Source of the DNA: Planctomycetota bacterium
Lineage (GTDB): Bacteria > Planctomycetota > Phycisphaerae > Phycisphaerales > SM1A02
Assembly (NCBI GenBank): GCA_046047335.1
Contig: JBJOIF010000166.1
Span: forward strand, 1 to 27,416
Direction: 5' to 3'
DNA length: 27,416 nt
The position numbers and the translations under genes are program-made. The notes under the pieces were generated by a model, which was not told the origin of the DNA, searched no databases, and saw only the letters and a list, made by a program, of their open reading frames with translations. Of the stretch, positions 6,621 to 15,268 are shown in pieces; position 1 is the first letter of the stretch, and every line of letters begins with the position of its first letter.

Positions 6621-9545
6621 ATGCCACGACACGATGCCGATGCCACCGGAACGCCACGCGCGACGCCGATCGCGGGCGACGCCGCCTCGGAGACCCCGTT
6701 CCGCTACACGGCGGCCCTGGCAGGCTCCATTGAGGAGACGTGGCAGGCCCGCCTGGCCGCCTCGACCAACGGATACCGGCAGCCCAACCCCGGCGAGCCG
6801 GGCTTCGATGCGTCGCGACCGAAGTTCTATTGCCTGGACATGTTCCCGTACCCGTCGGGCGCGGGGCTCCACGTTGGCCACCCGGAGGGCTACACCGCCA
6901 CCGACATCATCTGCCGGCACCGGCGAATGAGCGGGTTCAACGTGCTGCACCCGATGGGGTGGGACGCATTCGGACTGCCCGCCGAGCAGTACGCGATCCA
7001 GACGGGCGTGCACCCGGAAGTCACCACCACGAAGGCGATCGACAACTTCCGCCGGCAGCTGCAGCGCTTCGGATTCATGTACGACTGGTCGCGCGAATTC
7101 GCCACCATCGACCCCGGCTACTACCGGTGGACGCAGTGGATCTGGCTGCAGGCGTACGGCTCGTGGTTCGACCCGACGGCCCGGGCCGCTCGACCGATCG
7201 CTGCGCTCGAGGCCGCGCTCGCCCGCGAGGACCGCGAAATCGAGGTCGCCGGGGGAGTGCGCAAGCGGTGGAGCGCGTGCTCGGTGCGCGAGCGCCAGAC
7301 GCACCTCGACGGCTTCCGCCTGGCGTACCTGGGCACGCAGACCGTCAACTGGTGCCCCAAGCTCGGCACCGTGCTCGCCAACGAGGAAGTGATCGACGGC
7401 CGCAGCGAGCGAGGCGGCCATCCGGTGGTCCGCATGCCGCTGCGGCAGTGGATGTTCCGCATCACCGCCTACGCGGACCGCCTGCTCGAGGACCTGGCGC
7501 TCGTCGACTGGCCAGAGATGACGCGCACCCTGCAGACCGAGTGGATCGGCCGCAGCGAAGGGGCCGAGATCCGGTTCCAAGTGGAGCTGGGCGAGGAGCC
7601 GCTCACCGTCTTCACCACGCGCCCGGACACGATCTTCGGCGCCACCTACATGGTGGTCGCCCCGGAGCATCCGCTGGTCGGGCGCGCGCTCGAGCGCGGC
7701 GGTGCGGGGCTCCGGGAGTACGTGGCGTGGGCGCGCAACCGCTCCGACATCGACCGCCAGCAGTCGAAGGAGAAGACCGGCTGCTTCACCGGCGTGCACG
7801 CGGTCAACCCGGCCACCGGCGCTCGGATTCCCGTGTGGACCGCGGACTACGTGCTCGCGGGCTACGGCACGGGCGCGATCATGGCGGTGCCCGCGCACGA
7901 CGAGCGCGACTTCGAGTTCGCCAAGGCGTTCTCGCTGCCGATCGTCCAGGTGGTCGAGGTGGACGGACTGCCGTTCACCGGCGAGTCGGCGACGTCGGGC
8001 GAGGGCCGCGCGGTGCACAGCGCCAACCCCGGCACCCTGACGATCGACGGGCTCGCCACCGCGGACGCCAAGCGCGCCGTGATCGCATGGCTCGAACGCA
8101 CCGGCATCGGCAGCCTGCGCGTGAACTACCGGCTCCGCGACTGGCTCTTCAGCCGCCAGCGCTACTGGGGCGAGCCGTTCCCGGTGGTGTACGACGCCGA
8201 GGGCAACCACTACCCGGTGGGCGCGGCCTCGCTCCCCGTGCAGCTTCCGCCGCTCGCCGACTACAACCCGGTGGAGAGCGACGTCCCACAGCCGCCCCTG
8301 GCGAAGGCCGCGGAATGGGTTCGCACCACCGCCGGTGCCGCGGGCGTGGATCCCGCGCTGCTGCCGCCCTCGACCCCCGTCACCCGGGAGACCAACACCA
8401 TGCCCGGCTGGGCGGGCAGCTGCTGGTACTACCTGCGCTACTGCGCGCCGCACGCCGACGGCGCATTCGTCGACCCGGCGGCGGAGCGCTACTGGATGCT
8501 CTCGCGAAAGCGTTCCGCGGGCGAAGGCCCGGCGCCCACCGCGTACGACCCGGCCACCTGCCACGCCGGCGGCGTCGACCTCTACGTTGGCGGCAGCGAG
8601 CATGCGGTGCTGCACCTGCTGTACGCGCGCTTCTGGCACAAGGTGCTCTTCGACCTCGGCCACGTGAGCACTCCCGAGCCGATGGGACGCCTGTTCCACC
8701 AGGGACTCATCACCAGCCATGCCTTCCAGCGGGCCGACCGCAGCCTGGTTCCGGTGGACGAGGTCGACGATCGCGGCGATGGCACGTTCGTCGAGCGCGC
8801 CACCGGCGCGCCCGTGTCGCAGATCGTCGCCAAGATGTCGAAGAGCCTGCGCAACGTCGTGAATCCCGACGACGTGATCGCCGAGTACGGCGCCGACACG
8901 TTCCGGCTCTACGAGATGTACATGGGGCCGCTCGCGGCATCGAAGCCGTGGAACACGCGGGACATCGTCGGCCCGTTCCGATTCCTGCAGCGCGCCTGGC
9001 GCCTGGCGATCGACGAGCGGACCGGCGAGCCGCTGCTCGCGGCCGCGCCCGACCCCAAGGTGGAGAAGCTGCTCCACCGCACCATCGCGAAGGTCGGCGA
9101 GGACATCGAACGCCTCAGCTTCAATACCGCCATCGCGGCCATGATCGAGCTCGTGAACGCCGCCACGCGGCCCACCGACCTCGCTGATCCGTCCGCGGGC
9201 GGCATGACGCTCGACCAACTCGACCGGTTCGTCCGGATCCTGTGGCCCTTCGCGCCTCACGCGGCCGACGAGATCGCGCTCCGGCTCGGCCTCTGCGGCG
9301 ACCGCGGACTGTGGGACGCACCGTGGCCGTCCTTCGACCCGGCCATGCTCGTCGACGACGAGGTCGAGATCGCCGTGCAGGTGCAGGGCAAGGTGCGCGC
9401 GCGCATCATGGTGCCCGCGAAGGCCGCGGCCGCGGAGGTGGAGGCAATCGCGCTCGCACACCCGCAGGTGGTGCCGCACCTCGGCGGCAAGGCGCCGAAG
9501 AAGGTGATCGTGGTGCCGGGGCGAATGGTGAACGTGGTCACCTGA
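6621..9545 (+). CDS. leuS: Leucine--tRNA ligase
   Basis: LDMFPYPSGAGLHVGH (HIGH motif), GWDAFGLPAEQYA, CP1 editing motifs TTRPDT and GYGTGAIMAVPAHDERD, RETNTMP, HAVLHLLYARFW, KMSKS, C-terminal VQVQGKVR and KKVIVVPGRMVNVV. Confidence 0.99.
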   Translation: MPRHDADATGTPRATPIAGDAASETPFRYTAALAGSIEETWQARLAASTNGYRQPNPGEPGFDASRPKFYCLDMFPYPSGAGLHVGHPEGYTATDIICRHRRMSGFNVLHPMGWDAFGLPAEQYAIQTGVHPEVTTTKAIDNFRRQLQRFGFMYDWSREFATIDPGYYRWTQWIWLQAYGSWFDPTARAARPIAALEAALAREDREIEVAGGVRKRWSACSVRERQTHLDGFRLAYLGTQTVNWCPKLGTVLANEEVIDGRSERGGHPVVRMPLRQWMFRITAYADRLLEDLALVDWPEMTRTLQTEWIGRSEGAEIRFQVELGEEPLTVFTTRPDTIFGATYMVVAPEHPLVGRALERGGAGLREYVAWARNRSDIDRQQSKEKTGCFTGVHAVNPATGARIPVWTADYVLAGYGTGAIMAVPAHDERDFEFAKAFSLPIVQVVEVDGLPFTGESATSGEGRAVHSANPGTLTIDGLATADAKRAVIAWLERTGIGSLRVNYRLRDWLFSRQRYWGEPFPVVYDAEGNHYPVGAASLPVQLPPLADYNPVESDVPQPPLAKAAEWVRTTAGAAGVDPALLPPSTPVTRETNTMPGWAGSCWYYLRYCAPHADGAFVDPAAERYWMLSRKRSAGEGPAPTAYDPATCHAGGVDLYVGGSEHAVLHLLYARFWHKVLFDLGHVSTPEPMGRLFHQGLITSHAFQRADRSLVPVDEVDDRGDGTFVERATGAPVSQIVAKMSKSLRNVVNPDDVIAEYGADTFRLYEMYMGPLAASKPWNTRDIVGPFRFLQRAWRLAIDERTGEPLLAAAPDPKVEKLLHRTIAKVGEDIERLSFNTAIAAMIELVNAATRPTDLADPSAGGMTLDQLDRFVRILWPFAPHAADEIALRLGLCGDRGLWDAPWPSFDPAMLVDDEVEIAVQVQGKVRARIMVPAKAAAAEVEAIALAHPQVVPHLGGKAPKKVIVVPGRMVNVVT

Positions 9546-9564
9546 CCCGCGCCGCCTGCCCCGC

Positions 9565-11193
9565 TCACTTGCGCTCGGACAGGTACTTGAGCGCCTCGCC
9601 GACGACGTAGAAGCTGCCGGTCACGCACACGAGGTCCTCGCGGCTGACGCCACGGACCGCCATCTCGATCGCTTCGGGCACGGAACGCGCGATCTGGCTC
9701 ATCTTGCCGGACCGCTCTTGGAAGAGCTTCTGCAGGTCCTCGGGATCGGCGGCGCGAGGGGTGGCGGCCGCACGCGTGAAGATGACCTTGTCGGCGCCGA
9801 GGTTGACCTTGTCGATCATCTCGGCGACGTCCTTGTCCGAGCAGCATCCGAAGACGCAGACCATGCTGTCGTAGGGCACGTGCGCGCCGACGCAACGCAT
9901 CAGCGCACCCATCGCGGCAGGGTTGTGGGCACCGTCGCAGAGGATCCGCGGGCGCTGCGAGACCAGTTCCATGCGGCCGGGCACGCGGGTCGCGGCGAGT
10001 CCGGCCGTGAGCCGGTCGTCGGGAACGTCGAAGCCGAAGCCCTTCAGGATGTCGATCGCCGCCAGCGCCAGGCCGCAGTTCATCGCCTGGTGCTCGCCGG
10101 GCAGCGGCACCGGAACGTGCTCGAGCCGCGTGGTGCGCGTGTACATGCAGACGCGGGTGTGCGGCCCGATGTCGGGGGCCACGCAGAACCGGCTGGAGAA
10201 CTCGATGTCCTTGTTGACGATCCGCAGCTCGGCACCGGCCGCCTGGGCGCAATCGCGCATCACCTGGTCGACCTCGGCCTCCTGCTCGAAGAACAGCGCG
10301 GGCACGCCCTGCTTGAAGATCCCCGCCTTCTCGCGGGCGATCTGCGCCTTGGTGGCGCCGAGCAACTTGGTGTGGTCGAGGTCGATGCCAGTGACCACGC
10401 TGACGAGCGGTGTGATCACGTTGGTGGAGTCGAGCCGGCCTCCGAGGCCGACCTCGACCACCGCGATGTCCACCGCCTGCTGCGCAAAGTGCAGGAACGC
10501 TGCGGCCGTCACGATCTCGAAGAACGTGGGCTGCTCGCCGAGCTTCTCCGCGGCCTTGGCAACCTCGCGGATCCGCTCCACGAAGTCGGTCTTGGAAATC
10601 TGCTGTCCATCGATCTGGATGCGCTCGCGGATGTCGACGAGGTGCGGGCTGGTGTAGGTGCCCACCGCGTAGCCGGCGCTGCGGAGCATCGAGGCGATCA
10701 TCGCCACGGTGCTGCCCTTGCCGTTGGTGCCGGCGACGTGGACGGTCTTGATCTGTTGGTGCGGACTGCCCAGGAGCTCCACCAAGCGCTGCATGCGCTC
10801 AAGCTTGAAGGTGTGCTCGCCGTAGCGCACTGAACGCTGGCGCTCGAAGTCGGGGCGCGCCATCAAGAAGCGCATCGCCGCGTTCATGGTGGTGATGTCC
10901 GCAGCCTTGGGGCACTCGGCGGGGCCAGCACTCGGCTTGGTCTCCACGATCGTGCGCTGCGCCGGGCGGGAGGCACCGGCGGAGGACTTGGCGGATGGCT
11001 TGGAAACAGGCTTGGACGCGGGCTTGGCGGTCTTGGACACCGACTTCACGCCCTTCGCGGCGGACTTGCCCTGCGGAGTCCGGGACGTCGCTGGCTTGGC
11101 GGTGGCCTTGGGACGGGCCGAGGTGCTGCTCGAGGTGCGGGAGGGCTTCGCGGTCGCGGCGCGCGTGACGCCGGCAGAGTTCACCTTTGGCAT
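9565..11193 (-). CDS. folC: Folylpolyglutamate synthase/dihydrofolate synthase with ~98-aa basic low-complexity N-terminal extension
   Basis: VHVAGTNGKGST P-loop, YTSPHLVDIRERI, FFEIVT, VEVGLGGRLDSTNV, EKAGIFK, GEHQAMN, DGAHNP, VTGSFYVVGE. Confidence 0.96.
   Translation of the reverse strand: MPKVNSAGVTRAATAKPSRTSSSTSARPKATAKPATSRTPQGKSAAKGVKSVSKTAKPASKPVSKPSAKSSAGASRPAQRTIVETKPSAGPAECPKAADITTMNAAMRFLMARPDFERQRSVRYGEHTFKLERMQRLVELLGSPHQQIKTVHVAGTNGKGSTVAMIASMLRSAGYAVGTYTSPHLVDIRERIQIDGQQISKTDFVERIREVAKAAEKLGEQPTFFEIVTAAAFLHFAQQAVDIAVVEVGLGGRLDSTNVITPLVSVVTGIDLDHTKLLGATKAQIAREKAGIFKQGVPALFFEQEAEVDQVMRDCAQAAGAELRIVNKDIEFSSRFCVAPDIGPHTRVCMYTRTTRLEHVPVPLPGEHQAMNCGLALAAIDILKGFGFDVPDDRLTAGLAATRVPGRMELVSQRPRILCDGAHNPAAMGALMRCVGAHVPYDSMVCVFGCCSDKDVAEMIDKVNLGADKVIFTRAAATPRAADPEDLQKLFQERSGKMSQIARSVPEAIEMAVRGVSREDLVCVTGSFYVVGEALKYLSERK
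10988..11040 (-). repeat. Imperfect ~12-nt tandem repeat encoding xxKP tetrapeptides (TAKP-ASKP-VSKP-SAKS) in the FolC tail
   Basis: Plus strand: ttggcggatggc ttggaaacaggc ttggacgcgggc ttggcggtc ttggacac. Confidence 0.6.
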
Positions 11194-11202
11194 AGCCGGG
11201 AC

Positions 11203-11208
11203 AGTGTA
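11203..11208 (-). promoter_or_regulatory. -10 box TACACT upstream of folC
   Basis: TACACT-gtcccggct-ATG (9-nt spacer), no SD. Confidence 0.6.
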
Positions 11209-11242
11209 CCGAAACCACGCAATTTTCGCGAATTCAAGTGTG

Positions 11243-11267
11243 CAAGTCCATACACCTCAATGACTTG
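11243..11267. promoter_or_regulatory. Inverted repeat CAAGTC-N13-GACTTG (operator, nucleoid-protein site or hairpin) in the AT-rich hrpB-folC spacer
   Basis: CAAGTC at 11243-11248 and GACTTG at 11262-11267. Spacer 11194-11276 is 40/83 G+C (48%). The repeat is observed; its function is inferred. Confidence 0.5.
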
Positions 11268-11276
11268 TGTCAGCAA

Positions 11277-13847
11277 TCACCGCCACTCATGGCGCGGATA
11301 GCGACGCTTCAATTCCTTCTTCACCTCGGGGTAGAGGCGCTCCCAGAATCCCGGCAGGTCTTCCGTCACCTGGACCGGTCGGAAGTTCGGGCCGAGCAGC
11401 TCAAGCACCACCTTCACCCGGCCACCGGCCACCGTCGGGTGCGCGGGAAAGTCGTAGAAGTCCTGGATCTTCGACCGCCCCCGTGGCGGCTTGCCCACCG
11501 CGTACTCAAGGGACATGCGCCGCCCGCTCGGCAGCACGATCGCGGCCGGCGCCATGCGCTCCACGAACTGCTGCTCATCCCAGCCGAGGGCGCCGCGCAC
11601 GATGTCCGCCACCGGGCGGGCGTCCAGCTCAGCGACCCGGGCACACCCCTGGGCGATCTCGGCGGACAGCACCGCCAAGTCCTCATGGTCGTAGGCGATC
11701 AACCCGCGCTCGGGAAACCACGCCGCCACACAGCGGACGCGCTCGATCCACTGGTCCACCGCCTCGGTCCATGAGGCGGGCCGCAGTTCGCCCGAGGCCA
11801 CGCGCGCGGCCAGCTCGTCATGCGCCGCGGCACGTGCCGCGCCGCCACGAAGCGGCCGCACCGTGCGCTCCACCACGATCCCCTCGAAGCAGCGCTCCTC
11901 GAACTCCGCCGGTGCGCCGAGCTCTTCAGCGAATCGAACCTCGGTGCGCGTCTCGAATCGATCGGGCATCGCCTCCGCGACCCAGCGTTCGTCGAGCGGC
12001 GTGACCATACCGAGCGACTGATGCAGCGCCTCTCCCCGGCCGGCCTCGCGCACCTCGAGCGCCAGCACGAACCCGGAACCGCGCTGGACGCTCGACGGGT
12101 CGATGCTCACCTTGCGACGGCCCGGCATCGCGCAGTGCGGCCGCTGCGGATCGAGCCTCCACCCGACGTGGTCGCCGAACCCGGCGAGCAGGGCACGCGA
12201 CACCCGCTCAAACGACGTGGATCCGTCGGCAACGCGCTCCGCATCCGGCGCGCCCGAGCCCTCGGACGCGGCGGCTCGGGGCTCGCGGACCGAGCGCTCC
12301 AGGTCACGCGACGCGGCCACTACCTCGCGGCACGCGGTGACGGAGGCCTCCACGCCCTCGTGGCGCGCCGTGCGGAACCCGCTGGCTTCCACACGGCGAA
12401 CCAGTTCCTCGCGAACGCCCAGGTCGCTCGGCGGTTCGCCATCGGGCACCAGCCGAAGCAGCTGGCCCGCGGTGGCCGACTGCACGACGTCGCGCTCGGC
12501 CGCCAGCGCGCACCACCTGGCCGCCCGCTCGCCGACGCCAAGGCGGGCGCCCTCCAGCAGGACGCGCGCGAGCCGCGGATGCGCCGGAACCCGCGCCAGC
12601 GATCGCCCGAGGGCGGTGATCGCCCCCGAGGCATCGATGGCGCCGAGGGCGGCCAGCGCGTCGTGCGCGCGCCGAGCCTGTTCGGGCGCCGGCGGATCGA
12701 GCCACGGGAAGACCTCGAACGGCCCGAGGCCCATCGACAGCACCATGAGCATCGACTCGGCGAGATCGATGCGCTGCACCTCGGGTTCCTCGGCCGGGGG
12801 CCGGCGCGCATGGTCCTGCGCCGACCAGAGGCGCACGCACACGCCGGGCGCGGTCCGACCCGCACGACCCGCACGCTGGTCGGCGCTCGCGCGGCTGATC
12901 GGCTCGGTGCGCAGGGCGTTGAGCCCACGCCGCGGGTCGACTCGGAAGACGCGTGAGGTCCCGGCGTCGACCACCATGCGGATCCCCGGAATGGTGATCG
13001 AAGTCTCGGCGACGTTGGTGGCCACGATCACCTTGCGCCGGCCCGGCGCCGCCGGCGCCACCGCGGCGTCCTGGCGTTCGGGCGGCATCGAGCCATGCAG
13101 CGGCACCACGTCGAAGCGGGATGCATCCGGGGCACCACGCAGCGCGACGCGGACGGCATCGACGGTGCGGTCGATCTCGAACGCGCCCGGCATGAACACC
13201 AGCGCGTCGCCGTCGTGGCCCTCGTCCACCAAGGCGCGCACCGCCGCGGCGGCGCGATCCCACGCCGGACCGTCGCCGAACGGGTCGTGGCGGACCTCCA
13301 CCGGGAATGCCCTGCCCTCGGCGCTGACCACTGGTGCCCCGAGGTACCGCGCCGCGCGCTCCGCATCCATGGTGGCGCTCATGGCTGCCACGGCCAGGTC
13401 GCCGCGGCGCTCGCGCGCACGCCGCACCACGCCGAGCGCCAAGTCCGCCAGCACACTGCGCTCATGAAACTCGTCGAGCAGCACGCAGCCAATCCCGCCG
13501 AGCGACGGATCACGCTGGGCCTGCCGCAGGAACACGCCCTCGGTGACGAATCGGATGCGCGTGCGCGGCCCGGCCACCCGCTCGAACCGCGTCTGGAATC
13601 CCACCTCCTCCCCGAGCGCGCAGCCCATCTCCTGGGCCACGCGCCGCGCCGTCATCCGGGCGGCAAGCCGCCGCGGTTCCAGCACCACCACCTGGCCGTC
13701 CACGAGCCCGGAGCGCAGCACCAGCTGCGGCACCTGGGTGGTCTTGCCGCTCCCCGTCGCCGCGGTGAGCACCATGGCGCGCGACGACCGCAGTGCCGCC
13801 TCGATCGCGGGCGCGGCCCGAAGCACCGGGAGCGGCTCCACCGTCAC
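11277..13847 (-). CDS. hrpB: ATP-dependent DEAH-box helicase HrpB
   Basis: TGSGKTTQ, LEPRRLAAR, LDEFHERS, MSAT, ATNVAETSITIPG, QRAGRAGRT, HPRLAR, and the HrpB C-terminal signature PVQVTEDLPGFW...YPEVKKELKRRYPRHEW. Confidence 0.97.
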   Translation of the reverse strand: MTVEPLPVLRAAPAIEAALRSSRAMVLTAATGSGKTTQVPQLVLRSGLVDGQVVVLEPRRLAARMTARRVAQEMGCALGEEVGFQTRFERVAGPRTRIRFVTEGVFLRQAQRDPSLGGIGCVLLDEFHERSVLADLALGVVRRARERRGDLAVAAMSATMDAERAARYLGAPVVSAEGRAFPVEVRHDPFGDGPAWDRAAAAVRALVDEGHDGDALVFMPGAFEIDRTVDAVRVALRGAPDASRFDVVPLHGSMPPERQDAAVAPAAPGRRKVIVATNVAETSITIPGIRMVVDAGTSRVFRVDPRRGLNALRTEPISRASADQRAGRAGRTAPGVCVRLWSAQDHARRPPAEEPEVQRIDLAESMLMVLSMGLGPFEVFPWLDPPAPEQARRAHDALAALGAIDASGAITALGRSLARVPAHPRLARVLLEGARLGVGERAARWCALAAERDVVQSATAGQLLRLVPDGEPPSDLGVREELVRRVEASGFRTARHEGVEASVTACREVVAASRDLERSVREPRAAASEGSGAPDAERVADGSTSFERVSRALLAGFGDHVGWRLDPQRPHCAMPGRRKVSIDPSSVQRGSGFVLALEVREAGRGEALHQSLGMVTPLDERWVAEAMPDRFETRTEVRFAEELGAPAEFEERCFEGIVVERTVRPLRGGAARAAAHDELAARVASGELRPASWTEAVDQWIERVRCVAAWFPERGLIAYDHEDLAVLSAEIAQGCARVAELDARPVADIVRGALGWDEQQFVERMAPAAIVLPSGRRMSLEYAVGKPPRGRSKIQDFYDFPAHPTVAGGRVKVVLELLGPNFRPVQVTEDLPGFWERLYPEVKKELKRRYPRHEWR

Positions 13848-14569
13848 TTCCCCGTCAGCATGCGCGTGCGCACAGCATCCATGAACCGCGAGATCTGCGC
13901 CTGCTCGCGAGGCGTCGACGCGGGCTCAACCTCGGACTCCCAGAACCCGAGGAACCGATCCGCGCCGCGCGAGTCGAGCGATCGGCCGGCCAGGCGCCGC
14001 TTGGTCCGCTCCTCGCCGCGGATCGCCTCCTCGCGCGCACCGGCCATGATCTCCGCATCGGTGCGCGTGCTCTCCTTGCCGGTGGCGGTCGCCTCGGCGA
14101 AGCGGAACCAGTCCGCCACCCACCGGTCGATGAACGCCGCGCGCTCCGACTCGGGCAGGTTCACGTACCGCTCCGCACCCTCGGCCATGATGTCCTTGGC
14201 CAAGATGCGCACGTTCTGCGTGAGTTGCTCGCGCACCTTGCCGGTCACGCCGGCCAGGAACGCCGCGGCCACCGCGCTGTCCTGCTGGCTCATCCCGCGA
14301 AACCGGCCGATGAACTCCTGCACGTACTTCACGCGCTCCGCCACCGACAGGCGGTTGAAGTCGTCGGTGGTGAAGTAGGAAAGCACGCTGTCGACGGGCG
14401 AGTCGAAGATCGATGGCGGCGGTCGCCAGCGCGCATCGACCCACCACCACGCTCCGCCGACGATGGCCGCGGCCGCGATCGCCGATGCCGACCACGCCAC
14501 CAGGCGGCCGCGGTGCTCCGCGACCCATTCTCCGACGTCGACCTCGCGCATGCGGTCCAGGATGCTCAC
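13844..14569 (-). CDS. Hypothetical single-pass membrane protein, 241 aa, helical
   Basis: TM segment LVAWSASAIAAAAIVGGAWWWV then a soluble helical domain. Start and stop both overlap neighbours by GTGA; biased G/C-ending codons. No family recognised. Confidence 0.8.
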   Translation of the reverse strand: MSILDRMREVDVGEWVAEHRGRLVAWSASAIAAAAIVGGAWWWVDARWRPPPSIFDSPVDSVLSYFTTDDFNRLSVAERVKYVQEFIGRFRGMSQQDSAVAAAFLAGVTGKVREQLTQNVRILAKDIMAEGAERYVNLPESERAAFIDRWVADWFRFAEATATGKESTRTDAEIMAGAREEAIRGEERTKRRLAGRSLDSRGADRFLGFWESEVEPASTPREQAQISRFMDAVRTRMLTGK

Positions 14570-15210
14570 TGCGCGCCCTCCGGGTCAGGCTCGGGCTCCA
14601 GCGCCGCCGTGCGTGCGCTGCCATCCAGGAACACGCCGTTGCGCTCGCTGCCGACGCGGCGGTGGCGGTCCTGGCTGTCGATCAGGAGCGGGAAGCTCGC
14701 GGGCTCGCGCTCGAAGAACTCGGTCATGGCCCGGGACTCCGACTCGCGGCGCGCGTTCTCGAGCTGCTGCATCGAGACGGTGGCCGGATCGAAGCTCGCG
14801 AGCAGCGTGGCCACGTCCACCTGCACCGCGGGCGTGTAGCGCAGCAGCCCGGGCAGGTAAACGTAGCTGGTGCCGGTGGCGAGCGACTCCTCGTCGTCGT
14901 CGGACGGGCACGTCCACGCGGGCGAATCCGCCGGCAGGTAGCCCGCAAGCAGGTTTGGGAGGCCGCCGTCGATCCCGGTGTCGGTGACCACCGGCAGGAA
15001 CTCGCACATCGGCACGAGGCCGCCGTTCTGCTGCCGCCAGGCGTCGACGCCAGTGAAGCACTGCCGCAGGTTGTTGAGGCATCCGGTGTTGCGGCTCTCG
15101 CGCTGGATCGCGCGCGCGCTCGGCACCATGATTCCGATCAGCAGCGCCACGATGGCCACGGTGACCATCAGTTCCACCAAGGTGAAGGCTGCTGTCCGGC
15201 GCCCGCGCAT
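14566..15210 (-). CDS. Prepilin-type N-terminal cleavage/methylation protein (planctomycete DUF1559-like), 214 aa
   Basis: MRGRRTAA/FTLVELMVTVAIVALLIGIMVPS class III signal (F+1, E+5), CLNNLRQ, WTCPSD, C-terminal H...NGVFLDGSA (H-X9-DG-like). The track ORF start at 15441 is too long; ATG 15210 has TACCAT 6 nt upstream. Confidence 0.9.
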   Translation of the reverse strand: MRGRRTAAFTLVELMVTVAIVALLIGIMVPSARAIQRESRNTGCLNNLRQCFTGVDAWRQQNGGLVPMCEFLPVVTDTGIDGGLPNLLAGYLPADSPAWTCPSDDDEESLATGTSYVYLPGLLRYTPAVQVDVATLLASFDPATVSMQQLENARRESESRAMTEFFEREPASFPLLIDSQDRHRRVGSERNGVFLDGSARTAALEPEPDPEGAQ

Positions 15211-15216
15211 CCCCCA

Positions 15217-15222
15217 ATGGTA
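15217..15222 (-). promoter_or_regulatory. -10 box TACCAT, putative leaderless promoter of the prepilin operon
   Basis: TACCAT-tggggg-ATG (6-nt spacer). Confidence 0.6.
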
Positions 15223-15268
15223 GGCCCCGGCGGCAGCCGCCGAAAACGTGCTCCGGCAGCCCGGTCGC

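Noticed and set aside
8490-8580. About 25-aa insertion in LeuS between YWM and GVDLYVGG
   Set aside because: Variable insertions at this position are common in bacterial LeuS; all catalytic and editing motifs are intact.
5166-9479. 1437-aa minus-strand ORF spanning almost all of leuS (tempting sense/antisense coding of a tRNA synthetase)
   Set aside because: Only 5166-6536 looks like a protein and has its own -10/ATG. The remainder is the codon-aligned antisense of leuS, where high-GC codon bias removes stops, and it shows no domain-like sequence.
9546-9564. Intrinsic terminators at the convergent junctions (9546-9564, 21440-21466, 25134-25167)
   Set aside because: GC-rich but no convincing stem plus U-tract on either strand.
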